The position numbers and the translations under genes were made by a program. From NCBI GenBank assembly GCA_039194325.1, contig JBCCWC010000004.1, forward strand, positions 1-64,000: 64,000 bases of DNA, read 5' to 3'. This document shows, one piece after another, positions 11,205-24,202 of the stretch (within the stretch, counting starts at the first letter, position 1; every line of letters starts with the position of its first letter). The notes under the pieces were generated by a model. The model was not told where the DNA came from, did not search any database, and saw only the letters and a program-made list of their open reading frames with translations. The DNA is from Myxococcota bacterium. GTDB taxonomy: Bacteria > Myxococcota_A > Polyangia > Nannocystales > Nannocystaceae.

Positions 11205-11349
11205 GCTGCGGTCCAGAGCTCTCGGCTCCTTCCAACGCGGTGGACCTGCACCGAGGTCATGCCCGAACCGCAGCAGCTGCGTGGGGGGAGAGCTCCCGGC
11301 TCCTTCCAACGAGGTGGACCTACACCGGGGTAAACGCTCAACACGCAGC
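11205..11349 (-). ncRNA. Two tandem ~70-nt structured RNA hairpins (11276-11349 and 11205-11274)
   Basis: Shared core GGTG(T/C)AGGTCCACC(T/G)CGTTGGAAGGAGCC; compensatory stem changes between the copies; G-U pairs favour the minus strand. Confidence 0.7.
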
Positions 11350-11436
11350 GATCAAACGATTACGGACCTGGCCCGCAATCGCCCACACGACGACCGGCAG
11401 TGCGGTCTCGGTGGTCTCTGTCGTGGAACGTTTCAT
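11338..11436 (-). CDS. Putative attenuator leader peptide MKRSTTETTETALPVVVWAIAGQVRNRLIAAC (32 aa)
   Basis: Translated by hand; Thr run, then Val run, then Ile codons; N-terminus resembles thrL (MKRISTT...). No obvious SD sequence. Confidence 0.55.
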   Translation of the reverse strand: MKRSTTETTETALPVVVWAIAGQVRNRLIAAC

Positions 11437-11472
11437 GGTGAGGGTCTCTTACGCCTTAAAGCGTCTTTTGTC

Positions 11473-11501
11473 GGTCTACGGCACGCTGGAGAGGTCGTCA
11501 A
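11473..11501 (-). promoter_or_regulatory. Sigma70-like promoter for the leader/tRNA locus
   Basis: TTGACG-N17-TAGACC on the minus strand, 36 nt before the leader ATG; an imperfect palindrome ACGCCTTAAAGCGT lies at 11451-11464. Confidence 0.5.
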
Positions 11502-11702
11502 GGCGAATCTCGGGAGAATTTCATCGCTCCCGGGGTCCCCGACTTTGACCCAGATCGCGGGATGCGGCGTCATCAATACGCCGACCGATCGGTCGACCGA
11601 CGTCAACCACCATCGATCGCCGTCACCCGCGCTCTACTGGGCTCGATTGGGCGAGGCCGATTCGCTCGGGCGAGACCGGCTCGATCTCGCAGCCGTGGAC
11701 CC

Positions 11703-13382
11703 TCAGCGCCGAAGCCACGGTTTGCGTTCGAAGTAGTCGCGGGTCATCTCAGCCACCTGCGGCGAGAGCATGATGAGCGCGATGAGGTTGGGCAAGATCA
11801 CCATACCCAGCAGCACGTCACCCAGATCCCAGGCGAGCTTGAGCGGCAGCACGGCCCCCATGAAGTGCATCGCAACGAACACCACCCGATAGGGCATCAC
11901 CGCCTTGGCGCCCAGCACATAGTGCGCACAGCGATCGCCATAGTAGCTCCACGAGATCGCGGTGGAGATGCCAAAGAGCAATACACACAAGAGCACCACA
12001 TAGTGCCCGAATTCCCCTACCGGGGAGAGGCCTCGCCGGAAGCCCAGCATGGTCAGCGGCGCGCCGCTCTCCACCGCTTCGCCCCACAGCGAGGAGAACG
12101 CCTCGCCCTCGCGTGAGGTGGCCTGCTTGCCCCCAGGATCGATCAGCCCCGAGAAGGGTCGGGTCCTGGCCTCATCCTCGAACAACCGCTCGACAGGCAC
12201 GTCGTGCCAGGCGGGGCGTGCTCCGTCGAACGCAGGGATCCCGTCCTCGACGATGATCGGCCCGGGCTCGTCGGTCTCGTCCCAACCGCCGCTGGGCTGG
12301 GTGACGACGTAGCTCAGATCACCGCCGCCGAGGGTCACCTCGGTACTCACCCGCTCGGTCCAGACCCCGGTGATCACGATGACCAGCGCGGTCATCGTGC
12401 AAATGACGATCGTGTCGATGAACGGCTCGAGCAGCGCGACCACCCCCTCGGAGACGGGCTCGTCGGTCCGGGCAGCGGCGTGGGCGATCGGAGCCGAGCC
12501 CTGACCGGCCTCGTTGGAGAACAAGCCGCGCTTGACCCCCCACATCATGGTCACCAAGATCGCCCCCACCCCGGTCCCCGCGACTCCAGCGGTGGGCTCG
12601 AAGGCCTCCCGCACGATGAGCCCGAGGGTGGGCAGGATCTGCCCCGCATTCATGACCAGGATCACCAGGGCCGCAGTCACGTACAGCAGCGCCATCGAGG
12701 GGGCCAGGATCGAGGTGACTCGCCCGATCCGCTTGATCCCCCCCAGGATCACGGCCGCCACCACGGCGGCGGTCACCGCCCCGGTGATCGCTGGATCGAC
12801 GGAGAAGAGCGCCTGGACGGTGTCGGCCACCGTGTTGGCCTGGACGCCGTTGCCGGTGAGAAAGGCGGTCAGCCCCAGCATGATGGCGAAGATGAGAGCC
12901 AGCGGACGCCACGCCGGACCCAATCCCCGCTCGATGTAATACATGGGCCCGCCGGCGACCGAGCCCCCCTCGTCGTCCTCGACCGCGCGGTAGCGCTGAG
13001 CGAGGGTGACCTCGGCGAACTTGGTGGCCATGCCCAGCAGCGCGGTCAGCCACATCCAAAAGAGCGCTCCAGGCCCTCCCCAGTGGATCGCGATGGCGAC
13101 CCCGCCGATGTTGCCGATCCCCACGGTGGCCGACAGCGCGGTGGACAGCGCCTGGAAGTGACTGACGTCCCCGGGGTGCTCGGGATCGTCATAGCGACCG
13201 GTGGCCACCGCCGCCCCGTGACCGAGGCGCCGAAACTGCACGAAGGCCAGCCGCAACGTGAGGTACACCCCGGTCCCCAGCAGCGCCAGCACCACCAGCG
13301 GGATCGTCTGATCCCCCAGCGGCAACCCGAAGTTCCAGACGTAGTCGTTGAGGACGTTGACGAGCGCGTGCAGCGATTCCAT
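11703..13382 (-). CDS. Alanine/glycine:cation symporter (AGCS/AlsT family)
   Basis: ALSATVGIGNIGGVA, GGPGALFWMW, GGPMYYI, RGLFSNEAGQGSAPIAHA and FIDTIVICTMT motifs. Confidence 0.93.
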   Translation of the reverse strand: MESLHALVNVLNDYVWNFGLPLGDQTIPLVVLALLGTGVYLTLRLAFVQFRRLGHGAAVATGRYDDPEHPGDVSHFQALSTALSATVGIGNIGGVAIAIHWGGPGALFWMWLTALLGMATKFAEVTLAQRYRAVEDDEGGSVAGGPMYYIERGLGPAWRPLALIFAIMLGLTAFLTGNGVQANTVADTVQALFSVDPAITGAVTAAVVAAVILGGIKRIGRVTSILAPSMALLYVTAALVILVMNAGQILPTLGLIVREAFEPTAGVAGTGVGAILVTMMWGVKRGLFSNEAGQGSAPIAHAAARTDEPVSEGVVALLEPFIDTIVICTMTALVIVITGVWTERVSTEVTLGGGDLSYVVTQPSGGWDETDEPGPIIVEDGIPAFDGARPAWHDVPVERLFEDEARTRPFSGLIDPGGKQATSREGEAFSSLWGEAVESGAPLTMLGFRRGLSPVGEFGHYVVLLCVLLFGISTAISWSYYGDRCAHYVLGAKAVMPYRVVFVAMHFMGAVLPLKLAWDLGDVLLGMVILPNLIALIMLSPQVAEMTRDYFERKPWLRR

Positions 13383-13601
13383 GGCGAGAAGCGGACCGAT
13401 CCGTCGAGGCGTCGCCCCGGAGCTCGGGACGATGAAGAGCGCACGGCAGACCAGCCGGCCTCTAGAGGATCCCCCCGGCGCGCCGACCGAAGCAAGCGGG
13501 GCCGGGGGCGCACGACCGAGGGCGCACTACCAGGGATCGCCCCGGCTACGCACCATGGCGCCGTTTGCCCGCGTTCGAGGCGGGATGTCATCCTGCGCCC
13601 G

Positions 13602-17060
<3,459 letters not shown>

Positions 17061-17088
17061 TGAGCATAGAACGATCGATCGATGTCCC

Positions 17089-18054
17089 CTACCCCTCCAC
17101 CACGTCGAACAACTCTCCATACGGCAGATCCGACCCCAATCGCTGCAACAACCGCTGACACTGCCGGTCGATCTCCGCCTGCTGCGCTCGACTGAGCAAT
17201 TCATCCGACCCGCCGGCCTTCCCGCGGCGGATCATCTTGGCCATGGGCGCGTTGCCCCGCAGCGGTATCTTCGGCGGGGCGAATTGCGACTCGTGCTCCT
17301 TCATATACGAGAAGCTCGCCCGTCGGGTCACCTCGGCGAGCTCCGCGTCGCTCAGCGACACCTCCATCAGCTCGGCAAAACGCTTCACCGTGCCCGCGAG
17401 ATCCGCCTTCATCTCGGCGAAGGTCAGCACCAGCACGTTGGGACGATCGCGCCAGGCCCAATAGCTCGCCGTGTGCTCGGCCCACGCCTTGGTCAGCAGG
17501 CCGTTGTCGGCAAGGCGATCATACCACTGCTGGAACGACACGATGTCGAGCACTCCCATCGAGCCCAGCAGGAAGTAATAGGCCGAGATGACCACCTCCT
17601 TGGGATCGCGTAGAACGGTGATGTACTTGGCGTGCGCCGAATAGGGCACCGAGCGCGTTGGCAGGTGAGTCTTGATGACGCGCCGCCCGGTCGGGGAGGG
17701 ATCGCGGTCCGACTCCTCCATGGTGACGATGGTGGGCATCGGCGCCTCGGGCCAGGGCACCTTGTCGTGGATATGGTCGAACTCCGCGCGACCTCGCCAG
17801 GCGATCTGCAGCGCGGTCTGCATCGCCCAGTTGGTCCCACTCTTGGCGAAGGTGGCAATGAAGACGTCGTCTGCGTCGAGCCGATACCCTTGTAGAGGAC
17901 GAGGTACGCGCGGATTGAAGAACATCCGCCCCAGCCCGAACTCGATGATCGATGGAGTGCCACCGACGACCCGCGACAGCTGCAGCGCAGCCTGCACCGG
18001 TATCATGGGGTTGAGCCAAAACGAGAGCGTTCTTCGAAGCACCATCGACGTCAT
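17089..18054 (-). CDS. Sulfotransferase domain protein (start approximate)
   Basis: ATFAKSGTNW (5'-PSB), IKTHLP, RDPKEVVIS (3'-PB) and RRGKAG motifs. Confidence 0.88.
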   Translation of the reverse strand: MTSMVLRRTLSFWLNPMIPVQAALQLSRVVGGTPSIIEFGLGRMFFNPRVPRPLQGYRLDADDVFIATFAKSGTNWAMQTALQIAWRGRAEFDHIHDKVPWPEAPMPTIVTMEESDRDPSPTGRRVIKTHLPTRSVPYSAHAKYITVLRDPKEVVISAYYFLLGSMGVLDIVSFQQWYDRLADNGLLTKAWAEHTASYWAWRDRPNVLVLTFAEMKADLAGTVKRFAELMEVSLSDAELAEVTRRASFSYMKEHESQFAPPKIPLRGNAPMAKMIRRGKAGGSDELLSRAQQAEIDRQCQRLLQRLGSDLPYGELFDVVEG

Positions 18055-18106
18055 ACCAGGCAAGACCACCCCCGCAAACCCCGCTACGGTACGCTCGAGG
18101 CCGACC

Positions 18107-20698
18107 ATGCGCCACCGCCACCGCCCACCGTCCCCCGCGCTCGCCGTCCTGCTCACCGCGCTCGCCGGTCGGGAGGCCAGGGCTGCGTCCGGAGGACCCG
18201 ACGCGCTCGGGTACTCGTTCGTCGACCAAGACGACGGTGCGCTCTACGGCTACGTCGACATCACCGCCACCGGAACGCTCGTGGTGATGGGCAACGACCA
18301 GGCCGCTTCGGTCCCCCTCGGCGCTCCCTTCGAGGTCTATGGCGTCGCGCTGATGGACATGGTCGCCACCACCAACGGCGTGCTCACCGACGATCTAGGA
18401 GTCGCGACCGACTTCACCAATGACTGTCCGATCCCGATCCCTCCCAGCAGCGGGGCCGGATTTCGGATCTACGCACTGCACGACGAGCTGAACGCCAGCG
18501 TCTATTATCAATACTTCACCGAGCCCGAAGCTAGCGCCGTGGGCTACCCCGGCCAGCTCTCCGGGATCAGCGTCTTCCAGTGGACGGGCACCCACAGCGG
18601 CGGCGACCTGGTCGACGTGGAGGCGATCCTCTTTCACGACGATCTCTCCATACTGACGATGGTGGCGGCCGACGCCGAGCAGGGGGCGGGGAGCACCCTC
18701 GGGCTCCAAGACCCGAGCGCCTCGGTTGGGCTCCTGTACGCGTGCAACACGGCCATGTCGGTCACCCCCGGCGTCACCGCGGTTCTCTACACGGTGGGAC
18801 CGGCCCCCGACAGCGATTGCTGCTCCGCCAGCCCCACGGCAACCCCCGGCTGCCTCAACACGATCTGCCAAGCGATCGTCTGCGACGACAGCCCCTCTTG
18901 CTGCACCACCGCCTGGGATGGATCCTGCGCCGGCCTAGCCCAGACCGACTGCCAGATCCTCTGCGGCACCCCGCCGCCGGTCACCATCAACGAGATCCGC
19001 ATCGATCAGACGGGCCCCGACAACGACGAGTACTTCGAGCTCTCCGGCCCTCCGGGCACGCCGCTCGACGACATCCAGTACATCGTGCTGGGCGACACAC
19101 CCACGGGCGAGCTCGAGGCGGTGATCGATCTAACCGGCAACGTAATCCCACCCTCCGGGTTATTCGTGGCCACCGAGGACACCTTCACGATCGGCCCCCC
19201 ACCGGATCTGGTCACGTCGCTCAACTTCGAGAACTTCGACACGGTCACCCACCTGCTGGTCGGAGGCCTGTCGGCCCTGACCGGTGCCGACCTCGACGTC
19301 GACGCCGACGGAGTCCTCGACTCGACCCCCTGGGTCGCGGTGCTGGACACCGTGTCGGTCATCGATCCCACCCCCAACGAGCTCCCCTATGGCCCGGGCT
19401 CGTCGTGCACGCTGGGCCCCACCTGTCAGCAGGTCGCCGACGGCCTCGCGACTCCCTCGCAGATCTACCGCTGCCCCGACGGCGATGGCTTTTGGCAGAT
19501 CGGCGACATCGACGAGCAGGCGGTCCCCTCCACCGACACCCCCGGGGCCCCCAACGCGTGCGGCGGTGGGTTTTGTGGCGACGGCATGATCGGCGCGGGC
19601 GAGACCTGCGACGACGTGGGCGAGTCGGCCCTGTGCAACGCCAACTGCACCGCGGCGGTCTGCGGCGACGGGATCGTCAACATGACCGCCAGCGAGCTCT
19701 GCGACGCGATGGGCGAGTCGGCCACCTGCGATCTCGACTGCACGCCCGCGATCTGCGGCGACGGCTTCGTCAACGCGACCGCCGGTGAGCTCTGCGACGA
19801 CATGGGCGAGTCGGCCACCTGCACGGCCGCGTGCGTCCCTCCGGTCTGCGGCGACGGCAACATCGACATGCTCGCGGGCGAAGAGTGCGACGACATGGGC
19901 GAGTCGGCCGCCTGTGACGACGACTGCACCTTCGTCGATTGCGGCGACGGCGTGGTCAACACGACCGCGGGCGAGACCTGCGACGACGGCGGTCGCTCGG
20001 ATCGATGCGATGACGACTGCACCGCGGTCACCTGCGGCGACGGCGTGGTCAACATGACCGCCGGGGAAGAGTGCGACGGCGATGGCATGGGCATGGGCGG
20101 CCCGACCAAAGCGTGCGACGACGATTGCACCTTCGCGGCTTGTGGCGACGGCACGATCAATGCCGCCGCGGGCGAGCAGTGTGACGATGCCGGCGAGTCC
20201 GACACCTGCGATGACGATTGCACCCCCGTCGAGTGTGGTGACGGCGTGGCCAACACCACCGCCGGCGAGGATTGCGACGATGGCAACACCCGCGATGGAG
20301 ACGGTTGCACCGCGGCCTGTACCGCGGAAGATCCCGGAACGACCGGTGATCCCACCGACACCGGAGCCGATGAGACCGCGGAATCGGGCCCCGCCGACAG
20401 CACCGACAGCGGCACCACTGACCCCACTTCAGGGTCCTCGACCCTCTCGCCGGGGAGCAGCTCCACCGGGCCCACCGAGACCGAGACCGAGACCGAGACG
20501 GCCACCACCGGGGCCATTCCCTCCGATGAGGGCTGTAACTGCACGGCCGGCCCCGGGCAGGACAACGGTACGCCGTGGTCGATCCTGACATTGCTGAGTC
20601 TGGGCACGATCCGCCGTCGCCGTCGCCGGCACTCGCACGGAGCCCTCGAGTGCTCGACGACGAGCAAGGCCCAGCTTGCGGTACGATCTCGACCCTGA
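18107..20698 (+). CDS. Secreted cysteine-rich repeat protein with lamin-tail-like domain and MYXO-CTERM-like tail
   Basis: Signal peptide; GGPDALGY N-domain; INEIRIDQTGPDNDEYFEL; CGDG repeats; GCNC...hydrophobic...RRRRRR. Confidence 0.85.
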   Translation: MRHRHRPPSPALAVLLTALAGREARAASGGPDALGYSFVDQDDGALYGYVDITATGTLVVMGNDQAASVPLGAPFEVYGVALMDMVATTNGVLTDDLGVATDFTNDCPIPIPPSSGAGFRIYALHDELNASVYYQYFTEPEASAVGYPGQLSGISVFQWTGTHSGGDLVDVEAILFHDDLSILTMVAADAEQGAGSTLGLQDPSASVGLLYACNTAMSVTPGVTAVLYTVGPAPDSDCCSASPTATPGCLNTICQAIVCDDSPSCCTTAWDGSCAGLAQTDCQILCGTPPPVTINEIRIDQTGPDNDEYFELSGPPGTPLDDIQYIVLGDTPTGELEAVIDLTGNVIPPSGLFVATEDTFTIGPPPDLVTSLNFENFDTVTHLLVGGLSALTGADLDVDADGVLDSTPWVAVLDTVSVIDPTPNELPYGPGSSCTLGPTCQQVADGLATPSQIYRCPDGDGFWQIGDIDEQAVPSTDTPGAPNACGGGFCGDGMIGAGETCDDVGESALCNANCTAAVCGDGIVNMTASELCDAMGESATCDLDCTPAICGDGFVNATAGELCDDMGESATCTAACVPPVCGDGNIDMLAGEECDDMGESAACDDDCTFVDCGDGVVNTTAGETCDDGGRSDRCDDDCTAVTCGDGVVNMTAGEECDGDGMGMGGPTKACDDDCTFAACGDGTINAAAGEQCDDAGESDTCDDDCTPVECGDGVANTTAGEDCDDGNTRDGDGCTAACTAEDPGTTGDPTDTGADETAESGPADSTDSGTTDPTSGSSTLSPGSSSTGPTETETETETATTGAIPSDEGCNCTAGPGQDNGTPWSILTLLSLGTIRRRRRRHSHGALECSTTSKAQLAVRSRP

Positions 20699-20699
20699 C

Positions 20700-23117
20700 A
20701 TGCGCCGCAGCGATCGTCTGCTCTGGGGGCTCCCCGCCATCATCCTGCTGACCGCCATCACGGAGGGTCACGCCTCGGCCGCTTCTGGCGGGCCGGACTC
20801 GTTCGGCTATTCGTTCGTCGACCAGAGCGACGGCGCCAACTATACGTACATCGACATCACGGGGAGCGGCCAGCTCGTGGCCCTGGGCAACACCGAGAGC
20901 GCAAGCGTCCCCCTGGGCGCCCCCTTCGAGATCTACGGGATCCCGCTGGCGGACATGGTGGTCACCACCAACGGCGTGCTCACCGATGATCCGCTCGCGG
21001 CCGCCGACATCTCCAATGACTGTCCGCTTCCCGCCCTGCCCAGCTCGGGCGGCGGCTTTCGGATCTACGCGCTACACGACGATCTGGTCGCCGCGGTCTA
21101 TTATCAATTCCTCGATGCACCCGCGGCGAGCATGGCCGGCTACCCCGGTGAGGCCGACGGCCTGAGCGTCTTCCAGTGGACCGGCACCCACAACCTGGGA
21201 GGCTCGGTCGACTTCGAGGTGCTCCTGTTCCACGACGACTTCACGATCCTGACGATGGTCGCCCTCGACGCCCAGGGAGGCTCGGGCAGCACCACCGGGA
21301 TCCAGGACCCCGCCGCCACCACGGGCCTGAGCTACGCCTGCGATTCCGCCTTGTCGATCACCCCTGGCGCGACCGCGGTGCAGTACACCCTGGGCCCTCC
21401 TCCCGACAGCGATTGCTGCTCGGCCAGCCCCACCGGCGTTCCCGGCTGCATCAACGAGCCCTGCCAGGACGCCGTCTGTGCCGTCGATCCGTCATGCTGC
21501 GAGACGGCCTGGGGTGACCCCTGCGCCGGCGCAGCGCTAACCGAGTGTGCGATCCTCTGCGGGCTCCCCCCCGAAGTCACGATCAACGAGATCCGGGTCG
21601 ACCAAGACCAGGCCGACGACGACGAGTACTTCGAGCTGCTGGGCCCGCCGGGCACCCCCCTGACCGACGTGCAGTACATCGTGCTGGGCGACTCGCCCAC
21701 CGGGGAGCTCGAGGCGGTCGTGGATCTGACCGGTCAGATCGTCCCGCCCTCGGGCCTGCTGGTGGTCGCCGAGCCCAGCTTCTCGCTGGGGGTCGCCGAT
21801 CTCACCACGTTCATGAACTTCGAGAACTCCGACACCGTCACCCACATGCTGGTAGGGGGGCTGTCGGCGGCGCTCAGCGACAACCTGGACGCCGACGGCG
21901 ACGGACTCCTCGATTCCACGCCCTGGATCACCGTGCTCGATACCGTCTCGCTCATCGATCCTGCGAGCACCGATCTTCCCTACGGCCCAGGCTCCTCGTG
22001 CATGATGGGGCCCACCTGCCAAGAGGTCAGCGACGGTATCGATGGCCCCCACCAGGTGTACCGCTGCCCCGACGGCGATGGCGCGTGGCGGATCGGCAAC
22101 ACGGACGAGCAAGCCGTCCTGTCCACCGACTCGCCGGGCGCCCTCAACACCTGCAGCATCTGCGGCAACGGGGCGCTCGAGGACGGCGAGGCGTGCGACG
22201 ACGCCGGCGACTCGGCGCTATGCGACGCCGATTGCACCCCAGCGGCCTGTGGCGACGGCACGCTCAACGGCGTAGCCGGAGAGGAGTGCGACGACGCCGG
22301 CGAGTCCGCAATGTGTAACCTCGACTGCACCCTCGCGACCTGCGGCGACGGGCTCCTGAATCGAGCCGCCGGTGAAGCCTGTGACGACGCCGGTGACTCG
22401 GCTCGCTGCAACGCCGACTGCTCGCCGGCCGCTTGCGGTGACGGCGTCCTCAACGGCGCCGCCGGCGAAGACTGCGACGACCAGGGCGAGTCCGCGACCT
22501 GTGACGACGATTGCACCGTCGCGGTGTGTGGCGACGGGCTCGTCAACACGACCGCTGGAGAGACCTGCGACGACGGGGGTCGCTCCGAGCAGTGCAATTC
22601 CGACTGCACCGTGGTGACCTGCGGCGACGGGCTCGTCAACCTGGCGGCCAGCGAGGAATGTGACGACGCGGGAGAGTCGGCCACCTGCGACGCCGACTGT
22701 ACCTTCGCGCTGTGCGGCGACGGCAACGTCAACGCCAGCGCGGGCGAAGACTGCGACGACGCCGGTGAGTCCGTGACCTGCGACGACGACTGCACCCCAG
22801 CCGAATGCGGGGACGGCACGATCAATGCGGCCGCGGGTGAGCAGTGTGACGACGGCAATACCGACGACACAGACGGCTGCAATGCCGACTGTACCGAGCA
22901 AGCCAGCGCCGACGACACCGCCGGCGACGGAGGCTCGTCGGGGCAGGATACCGATCTGGCCGATACCGCCGGTGGCACTCCTACCGACGAGGGCTGCGGA
23001 TGCACCCACTACCCCCCCGGCCGCCCCCTGCCGTGGCTGCTGCTGGTGCCGCTCGGCCGCCGCCGCCGCGATCGATCCCACGGACCAACTCGAGCGCCAA
23101 CCAAAGTGCTCGAGTAA
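20700..23117 (+). CDS. Tandem paralog of the preceding cysteine-rich repeat protein
   Basis: Colinear domains with many identical blocks; GCGC...LLLVPLGRRRR tail. Confidence 0.85.
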   Translation: MRRSDRLLWGLPAIILLTAITEGHASAASGGPDSFGYSFVDQSDGANYTYIDITGSGQLVALGNTESASVPLGAPFEIYGIPLADMVVTTNGVLTDDPLAAADISNDCPLPALPSSGGGFRIYALHDDLVAAVYYQFLDAPAASMAGYPGEADGLSVFQWTGTHNLGGSVDFEVLLFHDDFTILTMVALDAQGGSGSTTGIQDPAATTGLSYACDSALSITPGATAVQYTLGPPPDSDCCSASPTGVPGCINEPCQDAVCAVDPSCCETAWGDPCAGAALTECAILCGLPPEVTINEIRVDQDQADDDEYFELLGPPGTPLTDVQYIVLGDSPTGELEAVVDLTGQIVPPSGLLVVAEPSFSLGVADLTTFMNFENSDTVTHMLVGGLSAALSDNLDADGDGLLDSTPWITVLDTVSLIDPASTDLPYGPGSSCMMGPTCQEVSDGIDGPHQVYRCPDGDGAWRIGNTDEQAVLSTDSPGALNTCSICGNGALEDGEACDDAGDSALCDADCTPAACGDGTLNGVAGEECDDAGESAMCNLDCTLATCGDGLLNRAAGEACDDAGDSARCNADCSPAACGDGVLNGAAGEDCDDQGESATCDDDCTVAVCGDGLVNTTAGETCDDGGRSEQCNSDCTVVTCGDGLVNLAASEECDDAGESATCDADCTFALCGDGNVNASAGEDCDDAGESVTCDDDCTPAECGDGTINAAAGEQCDDGNTDDTDGCNADCTEQASADDTAGDGGSSGQDTDLADTAGGTPTDEGCGCTHYPPGRPLPWLLLVPLGRRRRDRSHGPTRAPTKVLE

Positions 23118-23166
23118 GCGCGGCTCCCAAGCAAACCCCGGTTTTCGTCCTTGCTGGATGCCGCTT

Positions 23167-23223
23167 GCGCAAGACCGAGGCCGGGCGCGACAGCCGTCGC
23201 GCATCCCGAGCCGGCCTCGGCAT
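23167..23223. repeat. REP-like palindromic element, copy 1
   Basis: CCGAGGCCGG-GCGCGAC..GTCGCGC-ATCCCGAG-CCGGCCTCGG; nearly identical in reverse complement to 56785-56840. Confidence 0.85.
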
Positions 23224-23230
23224 AGATAGC

Positions 23231-24040
23231 TCAGGCCGACCGGTCGAGGTGCACATCCATCTGCGGGAAGGGGATCGAGATCTTGGCCTCGTCGAGCGCC
23301 TTCTTGGTCGCCAGCACGGTGGCATCCCAGACCTGCCAGTAGATCTTGGGATCGCACCACACCCGCACCTGCCAATCGATCGAGGATCCACCCAGCTTGA
23401 GCAGGATCACCTCGTGGCCCGCCTCGTCGTCACGCCCCGGCACCTTGGCCGCCGCCGCGTCGAGGACCTCGCGCACCCGGTCGAGATCTTCGTGGTAGGC
23501 CACGCCCACGTCGATTTCCACACGAATGACGCGGTTGTGCGAGATATTCTCGATCGTCCCGCCGATCACCGCGCTGTTGGGCACGATGATCCGCCGGTTG
23601 TCGAGGGTATCCAGCGCGGTGGTAAATAGACCGATCTCCGCCACCGTACCGAGATTCCCGTCGATCTTGACCAGGTCGTCGATCTTGAACGGGCGGAAGG
23701 TCAGCAGCATGACCCCGGCCGAGAAGTTGGAGAGCGTGCCCTGAAATGCCAGGCCCACCGCGAGGCCCGCGGCACCCAGCACGGCCGCAAAGCTGGTGGT
23801 CTCGATTCCGAAGATGCTCAGGCAACCGAGCACGGCCGCGACGACCAGCAGCCACCGCACCAGGCTGCCGAAGAACAGGGTCAGGGCCTTGTCAAACTCT
23901 CGCTTGCTCAACGAGCCGACGACGCGGCTCTCTGCCCAACGCGCGATGCGGAAGGACACCCACAGGGCGAAAAGAGCGCCAATGACGCGGACGCCATAGT
24001 TGATCAGCGTCGGGAGCAGCCCATTGAGGGTCTCGTCCAT
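23231..24040 (-). CDS. mscS: Small-conductance mechanosensitive channel
   Basis: GAAGLAVGLAFQGTLSNFSAG, RPFKIDD, IVPNS and ISIPFPQ motifs. Confidence 0.92.
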   Translation of the reverse strand: MDETLNGLLPTLINYGVRVIGALFALWVSFRIARWAESRVVGSLSKREFDKALTLFFGSLVRWLLVVAAVLGCLSIFGIETTSFAAVLGAAGLAVGLAFQGTLSNFSAGVMLLTFRPFKIDDLVKIDGNLGTVAEIGLFTTALDTLDNRRIIVPNSAVIGGTIENISHNRVIRVEIDVGVAYHEDLDRVREVLDAAAAKVPGRDDEAGHEVILLKLGGSSIDWQVRVWCDPKIYWQVWDATVLATKKALDEAKISIPFPQMDVHLDRSA

Positions 24041-24202
24041 AACGCCCCTCTAGCAAAATTTGCGTCCGCGCTCTGGCCAGATGTGGAACCGCGACGACGA
24101 TGAGGGGGCACGATAAAACGATGCGATCGACCGCCGAGCACACGTGTGCCCGAGGCCGACCGAAAGGCCGATCGAAACGGCCGAGCTCGAAACGAAACGC
24201 GG

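Noticed and set aside
11205..11349. T-box riboswitch, or the genuine SRP RNA gene (ffs)
   Set aside because: No GGTGGNACC T-box or AGAGA/GNTG stem I motifs are present on the transcribed strand; the GNRA tetraloop and AGCA of true SRP RNA are altered, and the element is duplicated.
12204..13601. N-terminal 466 aa of the 1618-aa ORF
   Set aside because: It is the antisense shadow of the amino-acid symporter; the signal peptide and lipobox begin at ATG 13602.
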